DNA of 64,000 nucleotides, taken from Lactobacillaceae bacterium. Its GTDB lineage: Bacteria > Pseudomonadota > Alphaproteobacteria > RF32 > CAG-239. Of the stretch, positions 28,801-37,097 are shown piece after piece. The stretch lies in assembly GCA_031271345.1 (NCBI GenBank), contig JAISVX010000003.1:167374-231373 (forward strand), written 5' to 3'. The stretch's first letter is position 1, and every line of letters starts with the position of its first letter. The position numbers and the translations under genes were made by a program. The notes beneath the pieces are model-generated. The model was not told where the DNA came from and made no database searches. It saw nothing but the letters and a program-made list of their open reading frames with translations.

Positions 28801-31390
28801 AGTTATTGTTGATGTACGCGCTGTTTCCGACGAGATTTATTTGACCGTAGTTATCAATTGTTGTCGAGCCTTCCCCAACGATACCTGCATTTTGCGTTCC
28901 ATCTAAATTGGAGTTAATGATAATTTTTCCATAGTTATAGACTTTGCCGTTTTCAACATATATGCCAGTTCCGTCCTTGCCGTTAATGTTTATCTCTGCA
29001 TTGGCATTATTTGAGGCTGTGCCGTTATACACAATGCCTGATGACTGAATGCCGGAAGAGTTATCCGCGTCAACATCAATCAATTTAAGGTTTTCAATAG
29101 TTCCGCTATCGCTTAGTATGCCGACGCCGGTTCCTTCTATTTTTACTGTTCCGTTATTAACGATATTGCCTGTCATTGAAGATATTCCATCGCCGCCGCT
29201 TTTCATAGTGATGGTGCCGTCATTGGTGACTTTGCCGTTTTCTGACAAAATGCCGACTCCTTTAAGCTCAAAAGTGATTTTTCCCGAACTTAAGTTGTTT
29301 ACGTTGGCATTTTCAGAATATATACCATAAGACGGGGTAGCAGTTGGGTCAACGTTGTTTACATTGATATTTATCTGCCCGGTATTGTTCACTGTTCCGG
29401 CTACGGCATATAGTCCGTAGTTGTTTTTGCTGACTGACGAAATAATATTTTCAACATTAACGATGCCGTTGTTGTTTAGTGTTCCATATTCAATATATAT
29501 GCCGTAAGAGTCGTCCGCTTTATTAATGTTAACCGTGCCGCTGTTATTAACCGCTGTTCCGGCAGTGTCGTAGTTTGTGCTTCCTTCTCCGACAGGGTTT
29601 CTAATGACCGTAATTCCTTTGCCGCCGCTGTTCATGGTGATAACGCCGGTATTGTTTATTGTTCCGGCGTTTGAGTGAATGCCGGTGCCTGTAGAAGCAA
29701 AATTAATCTGGTTTGTATTGCTTATGCTTCCGCCATGAAGAGAAATCATTCCATATCCGCCGATACTATCCATATTGATAGAGCCGGTATTGGTTAATGT
29801 CGGTTTGCGCACATCAAATTCAGAGTTTGTACCGTTTCCGCGAATGGCAATCATGCCGTATCCTTCGGTGCCGCCTTTAACGCTGATTGCACCTTGGTTA
29901 AGCAAAGTTCCTCCGTGAACTGACAGCATGCCTGCATGAGAACCTGTAAAATCTGCGTCGTCATTTGATTCGACCTCAACATTTACGGTCCCGGTAGAGG
30001 TGTTGGTGGCCGTAGTGTTCGCGTCAGCCCTGATACCGATAATGCCGTTGTTTGCTTCGCGAATGTTTGTGACATAGCTTGATGAGCCGACGAGAGATGA
30101 TTTTACGCTTATTTGACCACTGTTGGTGATTTCAACATAACCGGCTCTGCTTAGAAGTTTTTTACCATTAGTGAAATCTTCTTCAATGTAGCTTCCCATA
30201 CCAACCAGAGCGGTCGCATTAGAAGACGATGTTGAAGTGTTGCTCAAATCGATTACTCCCGTTACCCCGTTAGTAAGTTTTGTAGCGTAAGCTGGAGTTG
30301 GATTGTCTTCCTGGTTTATAATTCTTCCCTGCATGCCGACCAATGTGCCTGCCGTAGCGTTAGAGCTTATGGTTTTGATGTTTTTGTTGTTTAGTATTAA
30401 TCCGTTTGTGTCCGAATATATGCCGATAATTTGGTGTGTGTCAAAAGAACCTTCAAAGCTCATTAATATATCGCCGCCGTTTGTTGCCTGTCCGTTATCG
30501 CTGGCAATCATTCCCACAGTTCCGCTTGCGGCATTGATTTGGATTATATTGTTATTAAATGCTGTGGCTCCATTTCCCAAAGCTACCAAGCCTGCGGTAA
30601 CGTTTTTAAGGTTTATTGTTCCGTTATTCGTTAGGGAAGTGTTTTGGTATGCTTTAAATGCGACCTGAATATATTTTGCATATTCAAGAATGTTGCTGTT
30701 AAAATCCATCCAGGAAAGAAGGTATTTGCCATCCTCGAACATTCTGTCATTATCAAAAGTTAAACTTTCTGTATTTGTGTATGACGAGCCATTTTGAGCT
30801 TTTTTATATATTGCCTGGTATCCGGCTGGAGCATCATAAGGTTTTAATGTTCCGGCAAAATCTCCGAGGTTGTCGTTTGTAGCTTTGTATCCATGACCAC
30901 CACCGCCTCCGCCGCCTCCGCCACCGCCAGCGGCAAGGGCAACTCCCGCGCCGGCAAGCAATAATCCGCCGATAACCCAGGTTTTGGTAGAAATAACGAA
31001 CTCACCTTTGTCAAACCTTGTGTAAGCGGCTCTTGGCGTTTCTTCCAGCCCGACCACGCCGCTTGAGTTCATGAAAGAATTGTATTGTTGTCTTGGAATA
31101 TTTTGGGTACATCCGTGTTTTGGGTTGGAGCCTGCGGCTCTAAAAGCATTATATGCTGTTTTATTGTTTCTTTTTATGGCATAACATAAACCAGTGTCCC
31201 CGTTTCTGTCTACGGTATCAATATTCATTCCGCGCTGGACAGCCGCTCTCAATGCCCTTACGTTTCCAGAAGAAGCGTAGCCGTACATTTGTGAAAGATT
31301 TAGAGGAGGAATATTTGCATGACTTGCAGTACTGGTAAAATAGAAACACACTGCAGTAATTATTGAAATACTTTTACGAAAATTTCCCAT
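25826..31390 (-). CDS. Giant type Va autotransporter (1854 aa) with an ankyrin-like N-terminal module, a Gly11 tract, a long beta-helix passenger and a C-terminal beta-barrel
   Basis: N-terminal signal peptide. 1.5 ANK-like repeats (NGDTGLCYAIKRNNKTAYNAFRAAGSNP). A second hydrophobic segment then G11 (DNA 30896-30928). Hundreds of G-x-G/NxGTI beta-helix repeats. The C-terminal barrel ends ...IKAGVEYKF. Confidence 0.8.
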   Translation of the reverse strand: MGNFRKSISIITAVCFYFTSTASHANIPPLNLSQMYGYASSGNVRALRAAVQRGMNIDTVDRNGDTGLCYAIKRNNKTAYNAFRAAGSNPKHGCTQNIPRQQYNSFMNSSGVVGLEETPRAAYTRFDKGEFVISTKTWVIGGLLLAGAGVALAAGGGGGGGGGGGHGYKATNDNLGDFAGTLKPYDAPAGYQAIYKKAQNGSSYTNTESLTFDNDRMFEDGKYLLSWMDFNSNILEYAKYIQVAFKAYQNTSLTNNGTINLKNVTAGLVALGNGATAFNNNIIQINAASGTVGMIASDNGQATNGGDILMSFEGSFDTHQIIGIYSDTNGLILNNKNIKTISSNATAGTLVGMQGRIINQEDNPTPAYATKLTNGVTGVIDLSNTSTSSSNATALVGMGSYIEEDFTNGKKLLSRAGYVEITNSGQISVKSSLVGSSSYVTNIREANNGIIGIRADANTTATNTSTGTVNVEVESNDDADFTGSHAGMLSVHGGTLLNQGAISVKGGTEGYGMIAIRGNGTNSEFDVRKPTLTNTGSINMDSIGGYGMISLHGGSISNTNQINFASTGTGIHSNAGTINNTGVITMNSGGKGITVIRNPVGEGSTNYDTAGTAVNNSGTVNINKADDSYGIYIEYGTLNNNGIVNVENIISSVSKNNYGLYAVAGTVNNTGQININVNNVDPTATPSYGIYSENANVNNLSSGKITFELKGVGILSENGKVTNDGTITMKSGGDGISSMTGNIVNNGTVKIEGTGVGILSDSGTIENLKLIDVDADNSSGIQSSGIVYNGTASNNANAEININGKDGTGIYVENGKVYNYGKIIINSNLDGTQNAGIVGEGSTTIDNYGQINLVGNSAYINNNYGTGISAENGSITNNAAITISGFFGYGITATGSGTILNKAGIMLSNGGIGIDGNAGSSSVNSAGVTISITGSDMDPASYGMYTTEGTARNDGTIELNDQESFGVFANGGQGVNNGTININKINSVGLGVSGATGVVMNTSSGKLNVVGADSYGMMANEGKAYNMGNINLTGNGTIGVYTENGEGFNSGTIEYVGGVDAFGMMTSGGTVTNSSGGTIKISQGIGMQTSNSGTAVNNSQITISGGSVDDYITTSGMQATLGGKVTNGTNGTIDAVATGMTAFSGESSAENAGKINISAGLGYGMVAIDGAKITNLSSGVIKLAQSGSGMYVEGEGTQAVNSGSIGMLGGYGMYGVDGAELINMANGKITVTTAAADTYGMAVTGTDSKAYNRGTISLSGTTANTSLIGMFTTGGAAIVNDVGATINISSTTNTVKAYGMYATGADSKAVNRGTINITSNNTASAGIIALNGALVYNAATGIINITGSGNGIYAVGTTTDTSYVYNDGTIKIGTNSCSDDDCNASSYISIGDNAEFVTGSGGITISSTAINFNDWTLKGGKIVVEKDGKYEAPEISGIVYAGSNITTDSFNKSFVSENAFIGDSSELELLSNSYMFNAELVENRDGNKDVVMTMKEFDEVVSDKYLAKYLNNAYDLYNASGETESKKAQNALTLFNAVKNANNQNGLTKAVNNFLGLDFFPSFARQNLEAVKSLNRQVNNSVFANNDPREVVAMMGYDFIQKDQEASGAVEGYEEDAHSVYGLVQKRYNNNFSYGAGFTITQLNSEYDNSSKRDDTLVHILAPLKYQTDTIAFVSMPRVGLGWGDYRRVVSGNIYKADTKNYYYGVTNEVRKDIDLGFFTLEPTAEFNVLGVYQTKTKEKQQLTVKSSNSLSVEGGLGLYAKKTFEIDDFNSVKVRIGGTFYQEFGDTYGNSNATMFGMPGYYNMKGYESDKSRGLISGRLDYYFKSLNLFTEAGKIIERDGSYEIKAGVEYKF

Positions 31391-31558
31391 TAACGGTTCA
31401 CCTATATAGTTTCATTAAATGCTCGCACTATACAACATCAAAATAATTCCTGTTACAAACAAGGCTTATTTTGTTGTGTATCATACTTTTTGTGTAATAT
31501 ACTAACATCAACTTCTTAAAAATCTAGTTAATTTTTATAAAAAATACAGGAGAGCTTC

Positions 31559-32719
31559 ATGAATTTATTAAAGAAAATAGACCTTTGGCAAAATGAAGGG
31601 ATTATCAGCTCCGATCAGGCTTCGGCAATTAGGACATTCGAAGCCAAAGACAAAAAGCCGACATTGATATATATGTTGTTGTTTTTAAGCGTTTTTTGTA
31701 TAGGCGTCGGGATAGTTTCTTTAATTGCATCAAATTGGAAAATGATACCGGCAGGCGTAAAACTAACAATAGATTTTGCCATTTTAATCAGCGCGGCATT
31801 AGGGATTTATTGGTCGGAAATTAATAAGAAAAACTTTATAAAAGAGAGCTTAATCATCCTGTTCGCAATTTTGGTTATTGCGACAATAGGTCTTGTCGCG
31901 CAAATTTATCATTTAAAATCCAACGGTTACAGCGCGGCTTTATTCTGGTCCATAATGATTGCCCCTTTGTTTTTTATCACCAGAAAAAGCATTTTGCCTT
32001 TTGTCTGGCTGTTTGTCTTTAACTATGCTTTTTTTGCCTGGATGTTTGCAAATTTTCCTGCTTTGAGAGAGATTGTGTCTGCGGTTGCAAGCAGAAATGA
32101 TATGATAATTACCGGCTATTATTTATCATTGCTGGCGCTTTTTGGATGCTTTATGCTTGGAAAATATAAAGATAAGGTTTCATATTTAATTAAGCCGGTT
32201 TTTGTTTGGCTGATAATTTCTATTATAATCCAGTCGGTTTTCATGGAGTTTAAGTATAACTGGTATAAAAGTCTGCAATATTATGATGGAGGAATATCTT
32301 ATTCATCCGCGGCTTTACTGATAATCGGGTTGTTTTCTCTGGCTGTCGTGTCCGCATATTTATATAGAAAAGAAGCGGCTGCTTATATATTTTATTCCAT
32401 AATGGTTTTAATGCTGTTTTCGCTGTTTATTGATGCCGCCGGTTATTCAAAATTAGTAAAAGCCGCTTCAACATTTTCAATGCTGGCTTTGTTAATGGCA
32501 TACGCGCATAAAAACAATGCCGCAAAGCTGTTTAACTTTGCCGGAGCTTTGGCGGCGGTTAGAATATTTATTATATATCTGCAGGTTTTCGGCTCATTGC
32601 TCACTACAGGCGTCGGTCTTATAATTTCCGGGCTGATTCTGCTCGGCATAATTATAGTTTGGCATAAAATAAGCATAAGAGTAAAAAGCAAATTTAAGGA
32701 GAAAACAAATGAAGCGTAA
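31559..32719 (+). CDS. Polytopic membrane protein, DUF2157/DUF4401-like (low-confidence family call)
   Basis: The N-terminus LLKKIDLWQNEGIISSDQASAI resembles DUF2157 starts. ~10 TM helices. First gene of a tightly overlapping + strand operon. Confidence 0.4.
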   Translation: MNLLKKIDLWQNEGIISSDQASAIRTFEAKDKKPTLIYMLLFLSVFCIGVGIVSLIASNWKMIPAGVKLTIDFAILISAALGIYWSEINKKNFIKESLIILFAILVIATIGLVAQIYHLKSNGYSAALFWSIMIAPLFFITRKSILPFVWLFVFNYAFFAWMFANFPALREIVSAVASRNDMIITGYYLSLLALFGCFMLGKYKDKVSYLIKPVFVWLIISIIIQSVFMEFKYNWYKSLQYYDGGISYSSAALLIIGLFSLAVVSAYLYRKEAAAYIFYSIMVLMLFSLFIDAAGYSKLVKAASTFSMLALLMAYAHKNNAAKLFNFAGALAAVRIFIIYLQVFGSLLTTGVGLIISGLILLGIIIVWHKISIRVKSKFKEKTNEA

Positions 32720-33158
32720 CTATATTGTAGCGGCTATATTGGCTTTTCCAGTCTTTATGCTGTTTTTCTGGGTGCTGTCCGTGCAGAATAAAATTAATAA
32801 CGCGGAGACTGTAATGGTCGCCGTAACCGGATATGACCCGAGAGACCTTCTTTCCGGGCATTATGTTGTACTGAGACCTGTATGGGATGATACGGATTAT
32901 GAGCAGTTTAACAATAATAAATTTTCCAGAAATGATTTTGATTACAGCTATAGATTCTATCTTCCCGAAGAAGATGCGGAGTATCTTGACAGAGTCGTCG
33001 GACGTACGCGTGATTTGAAGATGTTTTTGGAATTTGCTATGCCGGCAAACTCTAAGCCGATTGTTAAAGAACTTTACATTGAAGGATTGAAGTGGAAAGA
33101 GTGGCTGGATAAAAACCCTGCTCCCAAGAATGAAAATGACCGTTATGACAGATGGTAA
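32709..33158 (+). CDS. GDYXXLXY-domain-like protein (low confidence)
   Basis: N-terminal TM anchor, then SGHYVVLRPVW, which resembles the GDYxxLxY motif. Overlaps both neighbouring genes. Confidence 0.3.
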   Translation: MKRNYIVAAILAFPVFMLFFWVLSVQNKINNAETVMVAVTGYDPRDLLSGHYVVLRPVWDDTDYEQFNNNKFSRNDFDYSYRFYLPEEDAEYLDRVVGRTRDLKMFLEFAMPANSKPIVKELYIEGLKWKEWLDKNPAPKNENDRYDRW

Positions 33159-33804
33159 AAAAATTGTTTTTGTCAGCGACTTCGACGGCACAATAACGGA
33201 CGAAGATTTTTTCACCTATACGTCAAACGAATATTTTGATAATAATGCTCTAAAGCCATGGAGAGAATATCTTGCCGGCAAAAAGACGCATTTTCAGGCA
33301 TTGAAAGAAATGTTTGCGCAAATCCGAGTGCCGGAAGAAAGTCTTGAAAAACTTATATCGGAAATCAATGTGGATAGTAGAATTGATGATGTTTTTAGGC
33401 TGTGTAATGAAAAAAATATAAAAATTTATATTTGCAGCGCGGGAAATGATTATTATATAAAAAAGATGATAGGAAAAAAACTTGCGGACTATGATATTAC
33501 TTTGGTGACAAACAAAGGAGAATATTCTCAAAACAATGGTTTGGCAATGACTGCTCCGCTAAAGAGTGATAAGTTTTATGATAAAAATATCGGCATATCA
33601 AAATTTGCGCTGGTCAATTCTTTGAAAGAAGATGGGGACTTTGTTATCTTTGCCGGAGATGGTCCGCCAGATTTTGAGCCGGCAAAAATAGCGGATGTCG
33701 TCTTTGCCCGAAAAATGCTTTTGGAAGAATGCAGAAAAGCGGGGATAAAGACTGAAAAGTTCAATAACTTTGCCGATATTTATAATTATATTAGGGAGAT
33801 ATAA
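33130..33804 (+). CDS. HAD-superfamily phosphatase (MtnX/PSP-like subfamily IB)
   Basis: Motif I VFVSDFDGTITDEDF. Motif IV FAGDGPPD. 224 aa. Confidence 0.6.
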   Translation: MKMTVMTDGKKIVFVSDFDGTITDEDFFTYTSNEYFDNNALKPWREYLAGKKTHFQALKEMFAQIRVPEESLEKLISEINVDSRIDDVFRLCNEKNIKIYICSAGNDYYIKKMIGKKLADYDITLVTNKGEYSQNNGLAMTAPLKSDKFYDKNIGISKFALVNSLKEDGDFVIFAGDGPPDFEPAKIADVVFARKMLLEECRKAGIKTEKFNNFADIYNYIREI

Positions 33805-34881
33805 ATGAAACCATATCCGACATATACAAACAAGCAGATAAATATTCCGTATCTCTTGAAGATAGGAAACGGAAAAACTCAGAAAATAGGAAAGTATCTG
33901 TTTGATAAAGACATGAATAATATTGCTTTGTTTACGGGATATGGAATAGACGAGCTTTTAGGCGACAAGCTTTACGGCGGCTTGGAAATTCAGAATATTA
34001 AAATATTGCATAAAGAAATAATAGACGACATCAGCATTGAAAAAATAACCCATACGGCTTTTAATCTGCCGCCGGTCATTGATGCCGTTGTGGGCATCGG
34101 CGGCGGCAAAGCTTTGGATTTTGCAAAATATTGCGCATATCTTTTGAAAATTCCGTTTATAAGCGTTCCGACTTCAACTTCCAATGACGGCTTTTGCAGT
34201 CCTTCTTCATCGCTGACGGTTGACGGGAAACGAAAATCGGTAAAATCCGGCATACCTTATGGTGTGGTAATAGATTTGGATATAATAAAAGGCTGTCCGA
34301 AAATATTTTTATATTCGGGTGTTGGGGATATGGTTTCTAAAATTACCGCATTGTGGGATTGGAAAGAAGCTTTTAATAAAGGTTTTGAGCGTTTTAATGA
34401 TTTTGCGTCTCTTCTCGCTTATAATTCTTTGGATTTATTGTTTAATAAGCATTCTTTTAATGTTGAAAGCCCTGAGTTTCAAAGAAGCCTTTCCAACTCG
34501 CTGCTCGTCAGCGGAATAGCTATGGAAGTTGCGGGAACATCCCGCCCTGCCAGCGGTTCCGAACACTTAATATCCCATGCGCTGGACAGCGTATGCAAAA
34601 AACCGAAAATGCACGGAATTCAAGTCGGCGTTGCAACATATTTATGCGCGCTCCTGCAGAAAAATGAAAACACGGAAGGCGTTAAAACTATCTTGTCAAA
34701 AACTGGTTTTTTTGAATTTGCCAAGGGCGATACGTTTGCTAAAAAAGAATTTATCGAAGCATTGAAGATAGCTTCAGGAATTAAGCAGGATTATTATACC
34801 ATACTTTCCGAAGTTGATAGTTTTGAACGCGCGGTAAAATTTATTGAAACAGACGGCATATTAAAAACCATTATAAAATAG
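33805..34881 (+). CDS. DHQS-fold iron-containing ADH-family enzyme, glycerol dehydrogenase / glycerol-1-phosphate dehydrogenase (AraM/EgsA)-like
   Basis: GIGGGKALDFAKY (GGGxxxD nucleotide motif), VPTSTSNDGFCS, and metal-binding SGSEHLISHALD. ATG immediately follows the HAD gene's stop. Confidence 0.6.
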   Translation: MKPYPTYTNKQINIPYLLKIGNGKTQKIGKYLFDKDMNNIALFTGYGIDELLGDKLYGGLEIQNIKILHKEIIDDISIEKITHTAFNLPPVIDAVVGIGGGKALDFAKYCAYLLKIPFISVPTSTSNDGFCSPSSSLTVDGKRKSVKSGIPYGVVIDLDIIKGCPKIFLYSGVGDMVSKITALWDWKEAFNKGFERFNDFASLLAYNSLDLLFNKHSFNVESPEFQRSLSNSLLVSGIAMEVAGTSRPASGSEHLISHALDSVCKKPKMHGIQVGVATYLCALLQKNENTEGVKTILSKTGFFEFAKGDTFAKKEFIEALKIASGIKQDYYTILSEVDSFERAVKFIETDGILKTIIK

Positions 34882-34899
34882 TTATATGCTTTAAAAGGC

Positions 34900-34934
34900 G
34901 AAGCGACCAAAACCGTTTTGGTTTTGGTCGCTTC
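34900..34934. terminator. Rho-independent terminator downstream of 33805-34881
   Basis: Perfect 15-bp stem GAAGCGACCAAAACC / GGTTTTGGTCGCTTC with loop GTTTT. Confidence 0.65.
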
Positions 34935-35018
34935 TGGTAAAAGTCCGCCCGATTTGAACCTTACGTTCGGTCCCTTATACGGGGCAGGCGAATTGCCGAA
35001 ATTCGGCAGGCGTTGTTT

Positions 35019-35560
35019 TTCATGATCGTTTTTTTTGCGGGGTGGAAGCGGCTTGGTCGTATTCGCGCTTCATCTTTCGTCCCCGGATTCTACATTTTCG
35101 CCGATTTTTTATAGGATAAGCTATATTTTATAACTTTTTTGGACCTACGGTTGACTAGGGCATTGCTCTAATCTGGGCGAGATTTTTTCGTTTCATGCGA
35201 TCGGTTTTTGCGGGGATGGCGCGCGGTTTTTTGTTTCGCGGTCCATATCGTTCCCCAGTTCTACACTATTTGCCGCATCTGGCGTTGGAATTTTTTGGGC
35301 GATAAAAGCTTAGGTGTCTGCTCTTATCTTGACGAAATTTTTCTTCTTCATAAGACGGGATTTTTTCCAGTTTTTTTTGCTTTTTCCCGGGACGGCATCA
35401 TTTGGGTGCGTCTCGGATAGGAGCGAAGTTTTTGTTTTTCATCATAAATCGTTTTTGTCAGTTGGGGAATCTTGTTTGCTGTTTCTTGGTAGCAATTACG
35501 GTCCCCTGATTTTCAAAACGTTTTTCTGCGTCATATACGGGCGGTTTTTATGTTATTTGT
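35019..35560. repeat. ORF-free region with 3-4 degenerate direct repeats (~95-170 nt units beginning TTTCATG...GCGGGG...TCCCCGGATTCTACA)
   Basis: Unit 1 (35019-35113) and unit 2 (35191-35285) align at roughly 75% identity by eye. Weaker copies start near 35345 and 35436. GC is visibly higher than the flanks. Only spurious ORFs under 85 aa are present. Confidence 0.45.
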
Positions 35561-35720
35561 AAATATAAATCTAAAATTGTAACTTGTTAAGAATATATAT
35601 AACAATATTTTTAGACAAAAGCAAGTGGTTTTTTGAAAATTTTTCAAAAAAAATTGTTTATCATTAAAAATCAATATGTTATTGTCAATATTTATTCGAC
35701 TCATTCTGGCTTATAAACAA

Positions 35721-35747
35721 AAAAGTAAGCTTTGAGAGCTTACTTTT
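35721..35747. terminator. Rho-independent terminator downstream of 35767-36261
   Basis: Perfect 11-bp stem AAAAGTAAGCT / AGCTTACTTTT with T/A runs on both sides. Confidence 0.65.
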
Positions 35748-35766
35748 TTGTTTTTCGTGTTGTTTT

Positions 35767-36261
35767 TTACACAACCGCGCAATACTCGGCTTTAGCTGAA
35801 GTTTGGCGCTTGGAACCTTGTTCAATGCTTTTTTTGGCAGTGATAAGGTCGTTGAGAGACTTTGCGTATTCTCCCAGTTCCGAAAACCGTTTTTTCTTAC
35901 CCTCAATCCCAAGTGTTTCAGCGAGTTTCTCTTGTTCTTTGATGCGGTTGTTTGCGTCAAGCATTACTCGGTAAAAAACTTTTGAGGAAATAGCCTTGAG
36001 AAGGTGCTGTTTGAAAACATGGTTGCTGTTTAACCAGAAACGACGGTTCAAATGCGTGGATTTTTGTCTTTTTCTTCCGATTCTATCAGAGAAAACGGTT
36101 GAAACGATAAATCCGTTCAAAGCTTTTCGGGCTTCCTGAGTGAATTTCCTTTCGTCATTTGGGGCTGCGGCAGCTTCTTTAATTTCATTAACTGCTTTCT
36201 CAGTGTTTCTGAGTTCAACCTTTTCGATAAGGTTTGTTTTTGCTATTACATCCATAAGCAA
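35767..36261 (-). CDS. Hypothetical protein, 164 aa, no recognisable family; GC somewhat above background
   Basis: Clean ORF with a terminator downstream. Charged, helical-looking sequence. Confidence 0.4.
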   Translation of the reverse strand: MLMDVIAKTNLIEKVELRNTEKAVNEIKEAAAAPNDERKFTQEARKALNGFIVSTVFSDRIGRKRQKSTHLNRRFWLNSNHVFKQHLLKAISSKVFYRVMLDANNRIKEQEKLAETLGIEGKKKRFSELGEYAKSLNDLITAKKSIEQGSKRQTSAKAEYCAVV

Positions 36262-36427
36262 TGTTATTTGGTTTTGAAATTAGACAATAGTAATCCGCAA
36301 GGATTTTTGAATTAAATATAAAAGATTATGTAAAGGTTAGCACCAGGGGAAAATAAAATCAAGGCTTAAAAAAACAAAAAAGCAGATAACCCATTATTTA
36401 TCTGCTTTTGCGTAAATTAGAGTTTTA

Positions 36428-37036
36428 TTATAAATCGGCGACAACCCTAATGGTTATAATTTCGTCAGGATACTGGACCTGACCGTTTGGACCTTTGCCT
36501 TTTGTAATCATATCGACATATTCCATTCCCGATGTAACTTCGCCCCATATTGTATATTGCCCGTCGAGCCATTCGCAATTGTTAAAGCATATAAAAAACT
36601 GGCTGTCGGCAGAGTGTGGGTGCATGGCTCTCGCCATTGAAACCGTTCCTCTTTTATGCGGAAGATTAGAAAATTCCGCGGGGATCTTCTGACCGCTTCC
36701 GCCTGTTCCTGTTCCAAGAGGACATCCTGTCTGCGCCATAAAACCTTCGATAACTCTGTGAAATTTTAATCCGTCATAGAATTTGCTTCTGACCAGTTCT
36801 TTTATTCTGGCAACATGATTAGGCGCCGCGTCTGCAAACATTTCTATAACAACGTCGCCGTCTTTAAGTTTCAGCACCAAAGAGTTCTCGGGGTCTTTGA
36901 CCTTATATGAATGTTTAATCTTTTTTGCGCGTGCTTCGCTTACGCCGATTTGTTTTGTTTCGGATTTTGGTATTGATGTGGTTTTTTTTGCCGCTAATTT
37001 TTTTGGTTCATCCGCTTTTTTAATTTCTTTTGTCAT
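36428..37036 (-). CDS. ppiB: Cyclophilin-type peptidyl-prolyl cis-trans isomerase with a K-rich N-terminal extension
   Basis: Cyclophilin motifs FHRVIEGFMAQTGCP and GQYTIWGEVTSGMEYVD. Confidence 0.85.
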   Translation of the reverse strand: MTKEIKKADEPKKLAAKKTTSIPKSETKQIGVSEARAKKIKHSYKVKDPENSLVLKLKDGDVVIEMFADAAPNHVARIKELVRSKFYDGLKFHRVIEGFMAQTGCPLGTGTGGSGQKIPAEFSNLPHKRGTVSMARAMHPHSADSQFFICFNNCEWLDGQYTIWGEVTSGMEYVDMITKGKGPNGQVQYPDEIITIRVVADL

Positions 37037-37097
37037 TATCTATGCCTCCTAATAATCTAATTCAGAGAAAACTTCTTTATTAATATAGTTATCATTA

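Noticed and set aside
30896-30928. Gly11-encoding tract in the autotransporter as a possible slipped-strand phase-variation repeat
   Set aside because: The DNA is a mix of GGN codons (ccaccgcctccgccgcctccgccaccgcc on the + strand), not a homopolymer or perfect short tandem repeat, so slippage-based switching is unlikely.
34935-35010. Possible tRNA or tmRNA T-arm (GGTTCAAATC on the minus strand) just after the terminator
   Set aside because: Could not build acceptor or T stems with acceptable pairing. No tag-peptide reading frame (ANDN...) or RNase P/tmRNA conserved motifs were found in 34882-35766. Left as an unexplained region pending covariance-model search.
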